This document shows positions 34,452 to 45,406 of a DNA stretch of 45,406 nucleotides, one piece after another. The notes beneath the pieces are model-generated. The model was given only the letters and a program-made list of their open reading frames with translations. It did no database searches and had not been told where the DNA came from. The translations under genes were made by a program, and so were the position numbers. Source of the stretch: Octopus bimaculoides (taxonomy: Eukaryota); assembly GCF_001194135.2 (NCBI RefSeq), contig NC_068986.1:21646870-21692275 (forward strand). The letters are read 5' to 3'. Every line of letters begins with the position of its first letter. Position 1 is the first letter of the stretch.

Positions 34452-35408
34452 ATCTATATATATATATAGATAGATGTATAATTACATATACATGCATACA
34501 TATATACATAGACACACATGCACACACACATACACTACACCACACCAAACACCACACCACACCACACCACACCACACCTCACACTACACCACGCACACCA
34601 CACACACACACATAATATGCTTTTAAATCAATCAACTCACAACGCATCATTAGTTTCCTTGAATTTTAATGATTATATTATATATTGTTTCTTTTAGTCA
34701 ATTCTTTTTCCACATGGTTATAAAAACTTCATAAGTTTACCACTTATGAAAATTCCCTTATTGATGAGGTGCAATAAGAGAAGATAGGAGTAACTTTTTT
34801 TTTTATAATATTTAAAATTCTTTTTTTATAGTGATTTGAAATTATCCAGTCTCAACTAAATTTATTTTGTATGTTTTCACCAGATTCAGAAATGAATCAT
34901 ACAGTTTGCTAATGATTATATTATTTCTCATACAACCCAGAACAAAATGGCAGAATACATTGCACATACTTAAAACAGATGAACATCAAAACACTGAAGG
35001 ATCATCTCAGACAAGAAAAGGGTACATTAAGTAATGTAATCTTATATATCTTATTAAAACACAATGGGCTTACCGGGCAGTTGTCAAGTGGCCTCATGGG
35101 TCAAGGGGCCCAATTCTATTCTATGTATGCTCTGGCTTGCTTTCAATAAATAAATACTATAGGGGCCAGTGCATTGATTTTTCCAAGGCCAGTAAAGCTG
35201 TTAAGACAGCCCTTCTGGAATGCATTTTCATCAAAGGTCTGTTCAATCAGAACTAATCAAAGACCAAATAGAAAGAAAACAGTACTGAGTATCATAAATC
35301 TGATATTTTATTGTTAAGTAAAAGAACAATGGCATGAATAAGACATTCACTTTCCTAACTCGATTTCAAAATCACTGTTCATCTATACACTGTAAGTGAA
35401 GAACTTAA

Positions 35409-35824
35409 TACTCTTTACTCTTTTACTCTTTTACTTGTTTCAGTCATTTGACTGCAGCCATGCTGGAGCACCGCCTTTAGTTGAGCAAATCGACCCCAGG
35501 ATTTATTCTTTGTAAGCCTAGTACTTATTCTATCGGTCTCTTTTTGCCAAACCGCTATGTTACGGGGATGTAAACACACCAGCATCGGTTGTCAAGAGAT
35601 GTTGGGGGGACAAACACAGACACACAAACACACACATATATATATACATATACATATATACGACGGTCTTCTTTCAGTTTCCGTCTACCAAATCCACTCA
35701 CAAGGCTTTGGTCAGCCTGAGGCTATAGTAGAAGACACTTGCCCAAAGTGCCATGCAGTGGGACTGAACCCAGAACCATGTGGTTGGTAAGCAAGCTACT
35801 TACCACACAGCCACTCCTGCACCT
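35409..35824 (-). mobile_element. SINE family B1, full length, partly CpG-decayed
   Basis: Colinear with 5911-6330. Confidence 0.9.
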
Positions 35825-35859
35825 TGGTAAGAAATATATTTAAGATTTGTTATAATTTC

Positions 35860-36420
35860 AATAAATCATTCTACATAAGAGAGATTCTTATAAGTCTCTA
35901 CATACGGCTACAATATGTCCATTCTTACAGTTTGTATCTCCAATCTGGAATCTCCAGCTTGTCCAGAATATTGATCTATTGGAAGCTGTCCAGAGTCATG
36001 CAACCAAACAAATACCCTCCATCAGTCATTTATCACATCTTGGACATCTTGCTTCTCTGAGCATTGACATACTAAGGCTTCTAAGTCTAGCATCTGACTT
36101 GGTAAAAGTCAACAAGATTATTCACCATCTTTCCAGCTACAACTTTTGCCCACATTTTGAAATCAATATTTCGATAACCTGTGGACATGTTTTTAAAGTA
36201 AAAAGCAGTGCAGCCCCCATGACTTTCATAAAGATTTTTTTGCTCTTGTAATCATGGAATAAACTACTCGTCAAATATTAGTTGGCTGTACACTGCATTC
36301 TTCTAAAATTCCATACTTTCTGAAATTTACCAACACTACTCCTGATCTACCTATGCATGCTTTCCTCTTTATGGCTCTTTTTCTGTCCACTTTTCTGTCT
36401 TTTTGTATTTTTATATTTCG
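35860..36420 (+). mobile_element. CR1-clade LINE 3' fragment (end of ORF2 plus 3' UTR)
   Basis: FVSPIWNLQLVQNIDLLEAVQSHATKQIPSISHLS...LASDLVKVNKIIH...TCGHVFKV matches the CR1 C-terminus (LEAVQRRATK...TRGH.KL), followed by a T-rich UTR. Confidence 0.85.
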
Positions 36421-38269
36421 TATGTCTGAACATTAGGTAATTACTGTTGTCTTTCATTACTGCTTTCTGTATCCGATTACTTTTAACCTTAGTTGCAGTG
36501 TTCTACACACTGAGCTCATGTTATGTTTCAGAGGACAACATATATAACAGTATGAGGTAAAATATGGAAGCTGAGGAAACTAACAATAGTCAATAGTATA
36601 GGAGGGTTAATGAAATAATTGATTACGTCCAGTTGCTATAATGGAGACAATAACTCTTTTCTTCACTCAAATGAATTTCTCATTTGAGTAATGACAATTC
36701 TTCGTTCTTTATGGTAATTGAGCTTCAGTTCTTAGAAGGAAAGTGAGTACCCATGATCCTTTACAGAGCTCCTCCCAAGACTCGTGGGAAAAAGAGAGGG
36801 GAAAAACATTTAAAATCCTTAGACAGAGACCTGGTTCAAATGCTAGCAACAGAGTGAACACTATTAATGCAACTAAGGACTATGTGGTGGTGTTAAATGA
36901 GGCTAAGGGCTAAGTTTACCAGATGCATGATCTAGTGGGTGCAAGATTGTGAGACCATGGTTTTGATTCCTAGACTAGGTGTGCACTGTGTTCTTGACCA
37001 AAACACTTCATCTCACAATGTTCCACTCCACTCACCTATAAGTGAGTAAACCTTGCAACAGATTGGTGTAGAAGGTTGAGATGATGATTCAGGTAAATCA
37101 CCCAAACAGAGGTTTCATGAGCCACGTTTTGTATTCAGAAATCAAAAGGATGAATAGTACAACCTGTTCTGTGAATCTCAACTGGTTAGGATTGTTTATT
37201 CAACTTTATCAAAAGTCAAGATCAAGTTTACCAGTTCTCCATGCAAGTTGGCCAAGGCAGGATTTGATCTCAGGATGCAAAGACCCAGAGTAAATACATA
37301 ACCTTCTGTCCAACTCTAACATTTCTACCAGTTTCTCAACTCAAGACTGATATTTTATTTATCAACCCCAGAACGATAATTGGCAATATTGACATTACCA
37401 GAATTTGAACTCTGAAGACAAGGTGGTGCTGGGATAAATACCACAAGGCATTTTATCCAACACTCTTATAAATCAATTGTCCTGCCACCACCAATTTATC
37501 TATGAATTCAGAGATGACTAGCATGGAGCAATGGTCAGATAGTACAGATAGATAATTATAATGAAAAGTCGTCAATCAACTAAATAAACTTGACCGCTCT
37601 GTCATTCTAATTGAAGACACAGATGAATGGTTCCCCACACCTGACCATATCGGCTATAAATAGGCTTATATCTTTCTCTCACTCTGTCTGTCTCTCTCTC
37701 CGTTTCTCTCTGTAGTCTCCTAGTAAATGGCTCAACAATTGTTACTATCAACACTTGAATCTGTTGACTGTATATCAAGTTACTTGGTTACCTTTGGTTG
37801 TCATATATACCAGTTTAAGCAGACGTACTTTAAACAACAAAACTGGGTTATAACTACAGTTTAGTGCCTCTCTACAACTCATCCTGTTTTTGTTTTCTCA
37901 TAACTTTACTAAAAATGCATATTTGTTCATGAAAATTTGCAGAGATATGTTTTCAAATGTGTAAATGATCATGTTGATAAAATTTTTTCTATTTTTTACA
38001 GAATTTTTACTCAGAAATTTGCCAACATTACTTCTGACATACTTATACACCCTTTCTTCATTATGGCTATCTTATTGTTCACTTTCCAGTCTTTCTATGT
38101 TTTATCCTGAGAGTTATGCATGTATTTTTAGCTTTCTTTTCTGCCTCTCTTTACTTCACTTCATTGCTGTTTTCTATCTTCACCTTTTACTCTTTTTCAA
38201 CAAGATTTCATAAAGTAGCAAGCTGGCACATTCTTTAACATGCTGGACAAAATGCTACTAAGTCGTAGT

Positions 38270-38416
38270 TTCCATCTATCAAATCCACTCACAAGGCTTT
38301 GGCTGGCCTGAGGCTATAGTAGAAGACACTTGCCCAAGGTGCCACACAGTGGGACTGAACCCAGAACCAGGTGGCTGGTAAGCAAGCTACTTACCACATA
38401 GCCACTCCTGCACCTG
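38270..38416 (-). mobile_element. SINE family B head fragment
   Basis: Matches 35680-35824. Confidence 0.8.
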
Positions 38417-38423
38417 CATCATA

Positions 38424-38459
38424 ATGATGATATTGATGATGATGATGATAATGATGATG

Positions 38460-38524
<65 letters not shown>
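38424..38524. repeat. (GAT)n microsatellite
   Basis: Direct reading. Confidence 0.95.
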
Positions 38525-38525
<1 letters not shown>

Positions 38526-38707
38526 CATGTAAAATCCATTTACCATTTGTCAAATAAAATGAAGTATGAGGATTATTAACTTGAAATAGTAGTTTCAATA
38601 AAGACAACAGGACAACAAGCTACAGAACACAGAATGTCATCAAATTAAACAAAATGTGTCTTTCCAAAAACTTACAATCATCATATTTCAACATGAATAT
38701 TTCCATT

Positions 38708-38900
38708 ATCTTTTACTTGTTTCAGTCATTGGACTGCAGCCATGCTGGGATGCACCCTTAAAGGGCTTTTGTCAAACAAATTTACCCCGGTATCTGTTAT
38801 TTTTTTTTTGTAAGTCTGGCACTTAATCTATTGATCTCTTTTGCCGAACCACTAAGTTTTGTGGACGTAAATGAACTAATGCTGGTTGTTAAGTGGAGTG
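38708..38900 (-). mobile_element. SINE family B1 3' part, CpG-decayed
   Basis: TCTTTTACTTGTTTCAGTCATTGGACTGCAGCCATGCTGG...TTTTGCCGAACCACTAAG. Confidence 0.75.
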
Positions 38901-38999
38901 AGGAACACACACACATACACACATGCATGCACACACACATGCATGCACGCACACATGCATGCACACAGGCACACACACACACACACACACACACATTAA

Positions 39000-39231
39000 G
39001 GCGGCGAGCTGGCAGAAACGTTAGCACGCCGGGCAAAATGCTTAGCGGTATTTCGTCTGCCGCTACGTTCTGAGTTCAAATTCTGCCGAGGTTGACTTTG
39101 CCTTTCATCCTTTCAGGGTGGATTAAATAAGTACCAGTTATGCACTGAGGTCAGTATAATCGACTTAATCCGTTTGTCTGTCCTTGTTTGTCCCCTCTGT
39201 GTATAGCCCCTTGTGGGTGGTAAAGAAATAA
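39000..39231 (+). mobile_element. SINE family A, full length and little diverged
   Basis: Intact head, B-box and CCCCTTGTGGG...AAAGAAATAA tail. Most CpGs are retained. Confidence 0.9.
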
Positions 39232-39779
39232 CACACATGCACACACAACAGGCCTCCACACAGTCTCCATCCACCAAATTCACTCCTCACAGGGCATTGG
39301 TTGGACAAGGGCTATAGAAGACGACATTTGTCCAAAGCACCATACTGTGGGATTGAACTTGAAATCAGATGGTTGCAAAGTGAACTTCAATGATATCAAG
39401 ATAATTACTGACATGTTTCTATATCCAAATAGACAGATGAAGGGGGGGGGGAGAAGGAGATATTAAATAAAAATAATAAATGAAGCTGATGTCAGAAAAC
39501 ATCTCAGATATTATTGCACTGGCTGGTCTCCAACAGGTGCAAAGGAAATAAGTTGTTACAGGCTAAGATATTCTTCTGATGCTTGTTGACAAGAAGGTAA
39601 AATCTGAACAAATTATTTGGAACAGTCTCGTAACATAAACAATTACACACTCAAATGAAAGCAGGGAAGAAAGATAAATTTAATAATTTGTTTTTCCAAA
39701 GTTACATCAACAGCAATTCCAACCTTCAGCCCGTAGAATGGTCATCACCATCCTCCTCCTTATCATCATCACTGATGCT

Positions 39780-40000
39780 GATGATAATCAACATCATCAT
39801 TTTAATGTCTGCTTTTCCGTACTTGTACAGGTCAGAAGGAGTTTGTTGAAGTAGATCTCTGGCTGGATGCCCTTCCTGCCACCAACCTTCACCTGTTTCT
39901 AAGCAAAGTAATATTTCCCCATGACCAGACATGTCTGTGCAAAATACTGGAAATAAGTGACACTACTTGTGACAGTGACACTCATTTACATCTAACGCAC
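39780..40000 (-). mobile_element. SINE family B2 3' part
   Basis: Reverse complement of the tail at 40260-40490. Confidence 0.65.
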
Positions 40001-40079
40001 AGTGTCAAGACCAGGACACACACACACACATACACACACACACGTGTGTGTGTGGCACATAGGTGCAGACATGTCTAAG

Positions 40080-40490
40080 AAGTTTATTTTCCCCACCATG
40101 TGGGTTGGGGTTTAATCCTACTGCATGGCACTTTTGGCAAGTATCTTCTACTATAGCTCCAGGTAAATCAAAAACTTTGTGAGTGGATCTGACAGATGGA
40201 AACTGAAAGAAAACATCATAGATGTGTGTATATGTGTGTGTGTGTGTACGTGTCCTTGTCATGATGTCACGTGATAGTTGTGAGTGTCATTGTCATTTAA
40301 GTCGTGTCATTCATTTCTAATATTCTGCAAAAACATGTCTGGCCATGGGAAAGAATTACCTTGCTTGGAAACAGGTAAGGGGTGGTGACAGGAAGGGCAT
40401 CCAGCCTAAGAAAATCTGCCTCAATAAACTTCATCTCACCCATGCAAGCTTGGAAAAGTGAATGTTAGAATGTCAATGATGATGATATAC
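40080..40490 (+). mobile_element. SINE family B2, near full length
   Basis: B head plus GGAAAGAATTACCTTGCTTGGAAACAGG...GGAAGGGCATCCAGCC...CCCATGCAAGCTTGGAAAAG...GATGATGAT. Confidence 0.75.
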
Positions 40491-40677
40491 GTATATGATA
40501 GGCTTCTTTCAGTTTATGTTTATTAAATCCAGTTATATGACTTTGGTCAGCCTAAGGCTATAGAAGATGACGTTTTACCAAGGAACTGAACCTGATGTCA
40601 TGTGATTGAGAAGTGGAGATCTTAACCTCATAACCATGCTTAAAGAAATTCATATCAACCAATAATAAAGTTAATAC

Positions 40678-40859
40678 AGTTCTATATTTAAGAAATGAGG
40701 AATTATGTACATTATTTACATTTGATGGATATTTGTCCTCATCTTGTTTCTTGTTAACGCAACGTTTCGGCTGATATATCCTCCAGCCTTCGTCAGGTGT
40801 CTTGGAGAAATTTCGAACCTGGGTTCTCATTCCTAAGGTATTTTTCAATGTTGTTGTTG

Positions 40860-40898
<39 letters not shown>

Positions 40899-41036
40899 TC
40901 ACTGCCTGGAATCGAACTCGGAATCTTGGGGTTAGTAGCCCGTGCTCTTAACCACTCTTAACCACGGGCATATGGCGTAGTGGTTAAGAGCACGGGCTAC
41001 TAACCCCAAGATTCCGAGTTCAATTCCAGGCAGTGA

Positions 41037-41092
<56 letters not shown>

Positions 41093-41129
41093 TCGAAAAA
41101 TACCTTAGGAATGAGAACCCAAGCTCGAA
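40678..41129. mobile_element. tRNA-head/(AAT)n/hammerhead element, copy 2, as a head-to-head palindrome
   Basis: Minus-strand copy at 40678-40955 (tail, ribozyme, (AAT)n, partial head) and plus-strand copy at 40966-41129. The inverted arms are about 150 bp. Confidence 0.8.
40756..40801 (-). ncRNA. Minimal type I hammerhead ribozyme motif
   Basis: GACAC-CUGACGA-A-GGCUGG(AGGAUAUA)UCAGCC-GAAA-CGUU-GCGUU: CUGANGA and GAAA cores, 6-bp stem II, self-complementary ACGU stem III, GUU cleavage triplet, stem I with one mismatch. Confidence 0.7.
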
Positions 41130-41949
41130 GTGCACCTGAGCACTGTATACAATAAGCTCATGATGGTCAAGTGAAATGATCATCATTCAATGAAAATGAC
41201 AGACAGTCCATGACTAAGAAGGACTGACATCTCCTTCCCACCCCGCCTTATACATAACAACACTGACTTGCGGAATGATAGAGATGCAAAACTGATCTGA
41301 GCCAAGTAAATCACTAATGTTCACTACAGGCAAGATGCCAACTCAATCCCAACACTCGCAGAAAATAAATGTCATCTTTAATATTGATCAGATTGATTAA
41401 AAAAAAAATGTCAATGTTTGGACTGTTTGGTTATTTATTTTTCTTTACAAAATAATTTATTAGCAAAAAAATAAAAATTTGCATGAAAAATGCCTTGTTA
41501 AATGTTCGTCAATTGTTGTTATACATTTTGTGTAAAATGTTTGGATTCCAAAATCTCTGTACATAAAATTTGAGACAACATAATGTCAAACCAGTTATAC
41601 AGACCATACTCTATGACATAGTGTAACTAGGATTATATTATGCAATGTGTCCTTTGCTTTTTAAAGCCAGTAAGGTGTGATGTGAAGGAGAGCTAGCTGC
41701 TATTTCTAGCTTTTCTTCTGACTACACAGCAACATTTCCTTTGCTTGTAATTCAGTTTTGTCTTTTAGTTGACAAATTCAGGGACCAATTAGCAGAAGGT
41801 TGGCTGTGGAGGCAAAAATCCCTCTTAAATCACAAAATAAGGAGGTGGGAATCTGTCCTATTTTTCAAATCCTGGCAGCAACACTGAAGCTGGATAATAA
41901 TCTAATTCTACACTTTATCACATTCAAGAATAGAAACACATTTTTAAGC

Positions 41950-42320
41950 ACAAGATACTTTCACTGGCACTGTGTGAACCACAGTGCTCTCTCTCCCAAG
42001 CATGAAGCTTCCTATCTTGGACATGTGAGAATGGCCACAACAACCAAACACTGCATCACTGGAACTGTGAAGTGCACAATTCTATAAAAGGATTTTTGTA
42101 TTTTTTTCATAAACTAGGGGATGGCTACTGACATTAATCTTAAGGATTATATAATGTACAGGGATAAAGAAAGAATTAAAGGAAAGAAAGGACTCATTAT
42201 ATTGAATTTTATCAGTAATATTGAGTGGAAATTGGGGGTGCTGCAATTCTGCAGTGCCTATACACAAGCCGCCACTGCTGAAAGGTCTGAAACACTCAAT
42301 GATATCAGGAAGCATCACTG
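41950..42320 (+). mobile_element. Probable degraded LINE (CR1/L2-type) endonuclease relic
   Basis: TDINLKDYIMYRDKERIKGKKGLII resembles the APE motif xINIxGYxxYRKDRxxxxGGGV. A weak motif I match (VNHSALSPK...CITGT) lies upstream. Confidence 0.4.
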
Positions 42321-42385
42321 ATGATGTGTCCTAGGGCCAGATTAAGACCCACAAAGGATCTAAGCACTTAAAAGATTTTGGTGAC

Positions 42386-42600
42386 CCCATCATCATCATC
42401 ATCGTTTAACATCTGTCTTCCATGCTAGCATGGGTTGGGCGATTTGACTGAGGACTGGCGAACCAGATGGCTACACCAGGCTTCAATCTGATTTGGCAGA
42501 GTTTCTACAGCTGGATGCCCTTTCTAATGCCAACTACTCTGAGAGTGTAGTGGGTGCTTTTACGTGTCACTGGCATGAAGGCCAGTCAGGTGGTACTAGC
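42386..42600 (-). mobile_element. SINE family C
   Basis: CATCATCATCATCGTTTAACATCTG...CTGGATGCCCTTTCTAATGCCAAC...GTGGGTGCTTTTACGTG. Confidence 0.8.
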
Positions 42601-43374
42601 CCCCATATATATGTCATTCAAAATATAAACTATAATAAACCATATTTTTTTTTTCAAAATGAAACAAAACTAACAGTAAGATGAAAAATAATATTTATTT
42701 TTGTACATTATGTATATTTTAAAAGTTTCCTCCTACTTTTTTGAATTGCAAAGTCTTCGATCAGATCCTTGCTATGATGCCTCAAACACTTCAAACTTAT
42801 ATTTCCAATCATTTAAACCACTTTGAATATTACTTTAGCTTATTTTAAAGTGATTTCTTTTGTGCCGTAAACCATTTACCATTTCTGTGGTGTCCCTCCT
42901 TCCCTTGATGCCCTAAACACGAGCTTATTTTACTTAATGGTTAATCCAGTGCTGGGTACATCACAGGATGACATACAGAAGAACTGAGATATGTACGATG
43001 AATATACACTCCAATTCTTTTTCTTTCCCAAACAAATTCACTTTATTTTTTTGTGTAAGAAATTTGACAAACTTTTGCCTTCTCCCTGTAAATAAAAGGA
43101 AAATGACTGCCACTATGCTGCTATGTTGTTCTGTTGTTAAGGTTTTTGACTTTGATCATGGGTTTCAAATATAGACACAAACACTACAACATGTCTTCTC
43201 CATTTTCGCTTCAGTACTTCATTAAAGCTATTTAACTGATTAACACTTATTATTTAAAGCAAGAGAACTTTCGATTGAAACCTTGATATATTTTCCCTCA
43301 TTATTTATGTAGTGCAATGTAATTCTAAACTGATTCTATTGTAAACAAATGACCACATACACACACACATACGA

Positions 43375-43377
<3 letters not shown>

Positions 43378-43443
<66 letters not shown>
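43378..43443. repeat. (CT)n microsatellite
   Basis: Direct reading. Confidence 0.95.
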
Positions 43444-43447
<4 letters not shown>

Positions 43448-44009
43448 GGAAAAGGCTCAAACTTTACCATTATCCTTTTTAAATATACTGATGAAATTTT
43501 TTTTTTATATAAGTGGTTTCTTTTTGAAGACTACTGACCCCACCAATGTTTGTTTTGTCCGTCCTCGTATTGTTCCCTTTTTTTCTCAACTTCATGGTTA
43601 ATAAAGAGATTATCATTATTTAATATGTTTTTCTATACTGGCATGGGTTAGTTCAGCATGAACAGATGAACCAAAGAGATATGTCGATCTCCAGTCTGCC
43701 TTTGTGTGTGTATATACGTACATAGAGATATTAATCATATTTATGTACTCTCAGACATGGAAAGACAATATTCTGCACAAATTATTTCCAGAAGATTTAT
43801 GCAGTATATTGTCTTTTCATGTCCTTTGCATGTCAAAGTGTACAAGAACATGTTAAATACCACTGTACACACACACACACACACACACGCACACATTTGC
43901 TCAGATCTAATCCATGCAGGAGTCAGATAATAAATATATTTATTAATTGATGCATCTCCATTTTCTTACTTTTCTCATATGCAAAAGGCACCTGTGCCAG
44001 TGACACATC

Positions 44010-44396
44010 ATTGTTGGCACTCCGTTGCTTACGACGACGAGGGTTCCAGTTGATCCGATCAACGGAACAGCCTGCTCATGAAATTAACATGCAAGTGGCT
44101 GAGCACTCCACATACACGTGTACCCTTAATGTAGTTCTCGGGGGTATTCAGCGTGACACAGAGTGTGACAAGGCTGGCCCTTTGAAATACAGGTACAACA
44201 GAAACAGGAAGTAAGAGTGAGAGAAAGTTGTGGTGAAAGAGTATAGCAGGGTTCGCCACCATCCCCTGCCGGAGCCTCGTAGAGCTTTTTGGTGTTTTCG
44301 CTCAATAAACACTCACAACGCCCAGTCTGGGAATCGAAACCGCGATCCTATGACTGCGAGTCCGCTGTCCTAACCACTGGGCCATTGCGCCTCCAC
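44010..44396 (-). mobile_element. tRNA-derived SINE, family D, full length
   Basis: Minus-strand head GGAGGCGCAATGGCCCAGTGGTTAGG (A-box)...GGTTTCGATTCCC (B-box), with about 300 nt of unrelated body. Confidence 0.8.
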
Positions 44397-44399
44397 TCA

Positions 44400-44960
44400 G
44401 TGACACATAAAAAGCACCCATTACACTCTCAGAGCGGTTGCTGTTAGGAAGGGTATCCAGCCATAGAAACCATGCCAAATCAGACTGAAGCTTGGTGCAG
44501 TTCTCTGACTTACCAGTTCCAATCAAACTGTCTAACCCATGCCAGCTTGGAAAGCAAACATTAGATAATGATGATGATGACGTGTATGTGTATATATATA
44601 TATCATCATCATCGTTTAATGTCTGTTTTCCATTCAGGCATGGGTTGGATGGTTTAACTGGGGACTGGCAAGCCAGGAGGCTGCACCAGGCTCCAATATG
44701 ATCTGGCAATGTTTCTACAGCTGGATGCCCTTCCCAACGCCAACCACTCCGAGAGTGTAGTGGGTGCTTTTTACATACCACCAGCATGGGAGCCAGTCAG
44801 GCGGCATTGACATCAGCCATGTTTGGATGGTGCTTTTTATGTGCTACCAGTACAGGAGCTAGTTGGGGCGAGGTGCTGGCATCGACCACTTTTGGATGGT
44901 GTTTTTTATGTGCCACCGGTATGGGGAGCCAGTCAGGCAGCACTGGCAATGACATACGCA
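44400..44960. mobile_element. Two family C SINEs in tail-to-tail inverted orientation (44400-44581 on +, 44601-44960 on -)
   Basis: GGAAGGGTATCCAGCC...CCCATGCCAGCTTGGAAA...GATGATGAT faces CATCATCATCGTTTAATG...GGCATGGGTTGG...CTGGATGCCCTTCC. Confidence 0.8.
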
Positions 44961-45406
44961 TGATTGGTGCTTATTATATATATATTTATATAGATATGTA
45001 TGTATATATGCATATGCACCCATGCATACTCCACTCTTACACTTGGGAAATTATTAAAATGATTGATAGGCCAGCTTGGAAGATAGCTTGGAATAGTATC
45101 CTGTCATTGATCAACAGAATAATAATTTTTTTTTTCTTTTTGTATTACAAATTGGCAGTTTTCTTTGTGTTTGTAGATATATATATATATGGACTTTATA
45201 TGTATAGAAATGTCTTTCAGTTGGTGTGAATTTATTCCATCTTCCTCTTATACTTTCAATGGAAAAAAACTATGTGAGCTGAAGTATCAAATCCCTTAGA
45301 GATTTGAGTGTTTGCTTAACTAGAAATTTGTATAGTACGGATTGTTTGATCATTTTCATCAAAAATATTCTTTCTCTTAGATCTGTGCTTTTATATATAT
45401 TTATGT

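Noticed and set aside
1905-34615. Long ORFs in the track containing X runs (1905-2954, 10455-11429, 12086-12757, 18412-18727, 20092-21123, 33983-34615)
   Set aside because: They are open only because they cross N gaps.
5851-35790. Recurrent ORFs ending ...EDTCPRCHAVGLNPEPCGW (5851, 14508, 22831, 35557)
   Set aside because: They are the antisense reading of the family B SINE head, not a gene family.
35979-36251. 90-aa ORF as a host gene
   Set aside because: It is the CR1 ORF2 C-terminus.
37560-37860. Possible second solo LTR or promoter (TATAAATA followed by a CT-rich tract)
   Set aside because: No matching TG...CA termini with a TSD could be found.
40966-41038. tRNA gene call for the tRNA-like heads here and in SINE families A, B and D
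   Set aside because: A and B boxes are present but the acceptor stem is not properly formed and each head is fused to a repeat body.
42121-42321. ORF MATDINLKDYIMYRDKE... as a cellular exon with a good acceptor
   Set aside because: Better explained as a decayed LINE endonuclease motif.
13364-43537. Homopolymeric-looking ORFs (poly-I/V, poly-L, poly-S, SL and HT/VC repeats)
   Set aside because: They are translations of microsatellites.

Overview
AT-rich, repeat-dense animal genomic DNA with seven N-gaps. The recurring SINE/MITE families look like those I recall from octopus (coleoid cephalopod) genomes; this taxon call is an inference. No complete, recognisable cellular gene is present, and nearly every ORF in the track is a gap, microsatellite or repeat artefact. 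Well supported content: many copies of at least four tRNA-derived SINE families; an RTE LINE relic (3160-4670) interrupted by a 588-bp solo LTR with a 4-bp TSD; a CRE-clade retrotransposon fragment (15060-15450); a CR1 3' fragment (35860-36420); an RTE-type C2H2 tail (28670-28950); a GGATC-terminal DNA element family with 8-bp TSDs and an internal ~99-bp tandem array (3 copies); and Tigger-like and TTAA/piggyBac-like MITEs. The most interesting signals are four. (1) A composite element with a tRNA-like Pol III head, an (AAT)n linker and a minimal type I hammerhead ribozyme, inserted twice with an inverted Penelope-like architecture (22439-22755, 40678-41129). (2) A near-perfect six-pentamer heat shock element with hsp70-like promoter geometry but no visible target ORF (6616-6691). 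(3) A switch from CpG-retaining to CpG-depleted DNA near 21-22 kb, suggesting a methylated gene body whose exons I could not identify. (4) A splice-consistent two-exon 3' end of an unidentified gene (17612-17848).
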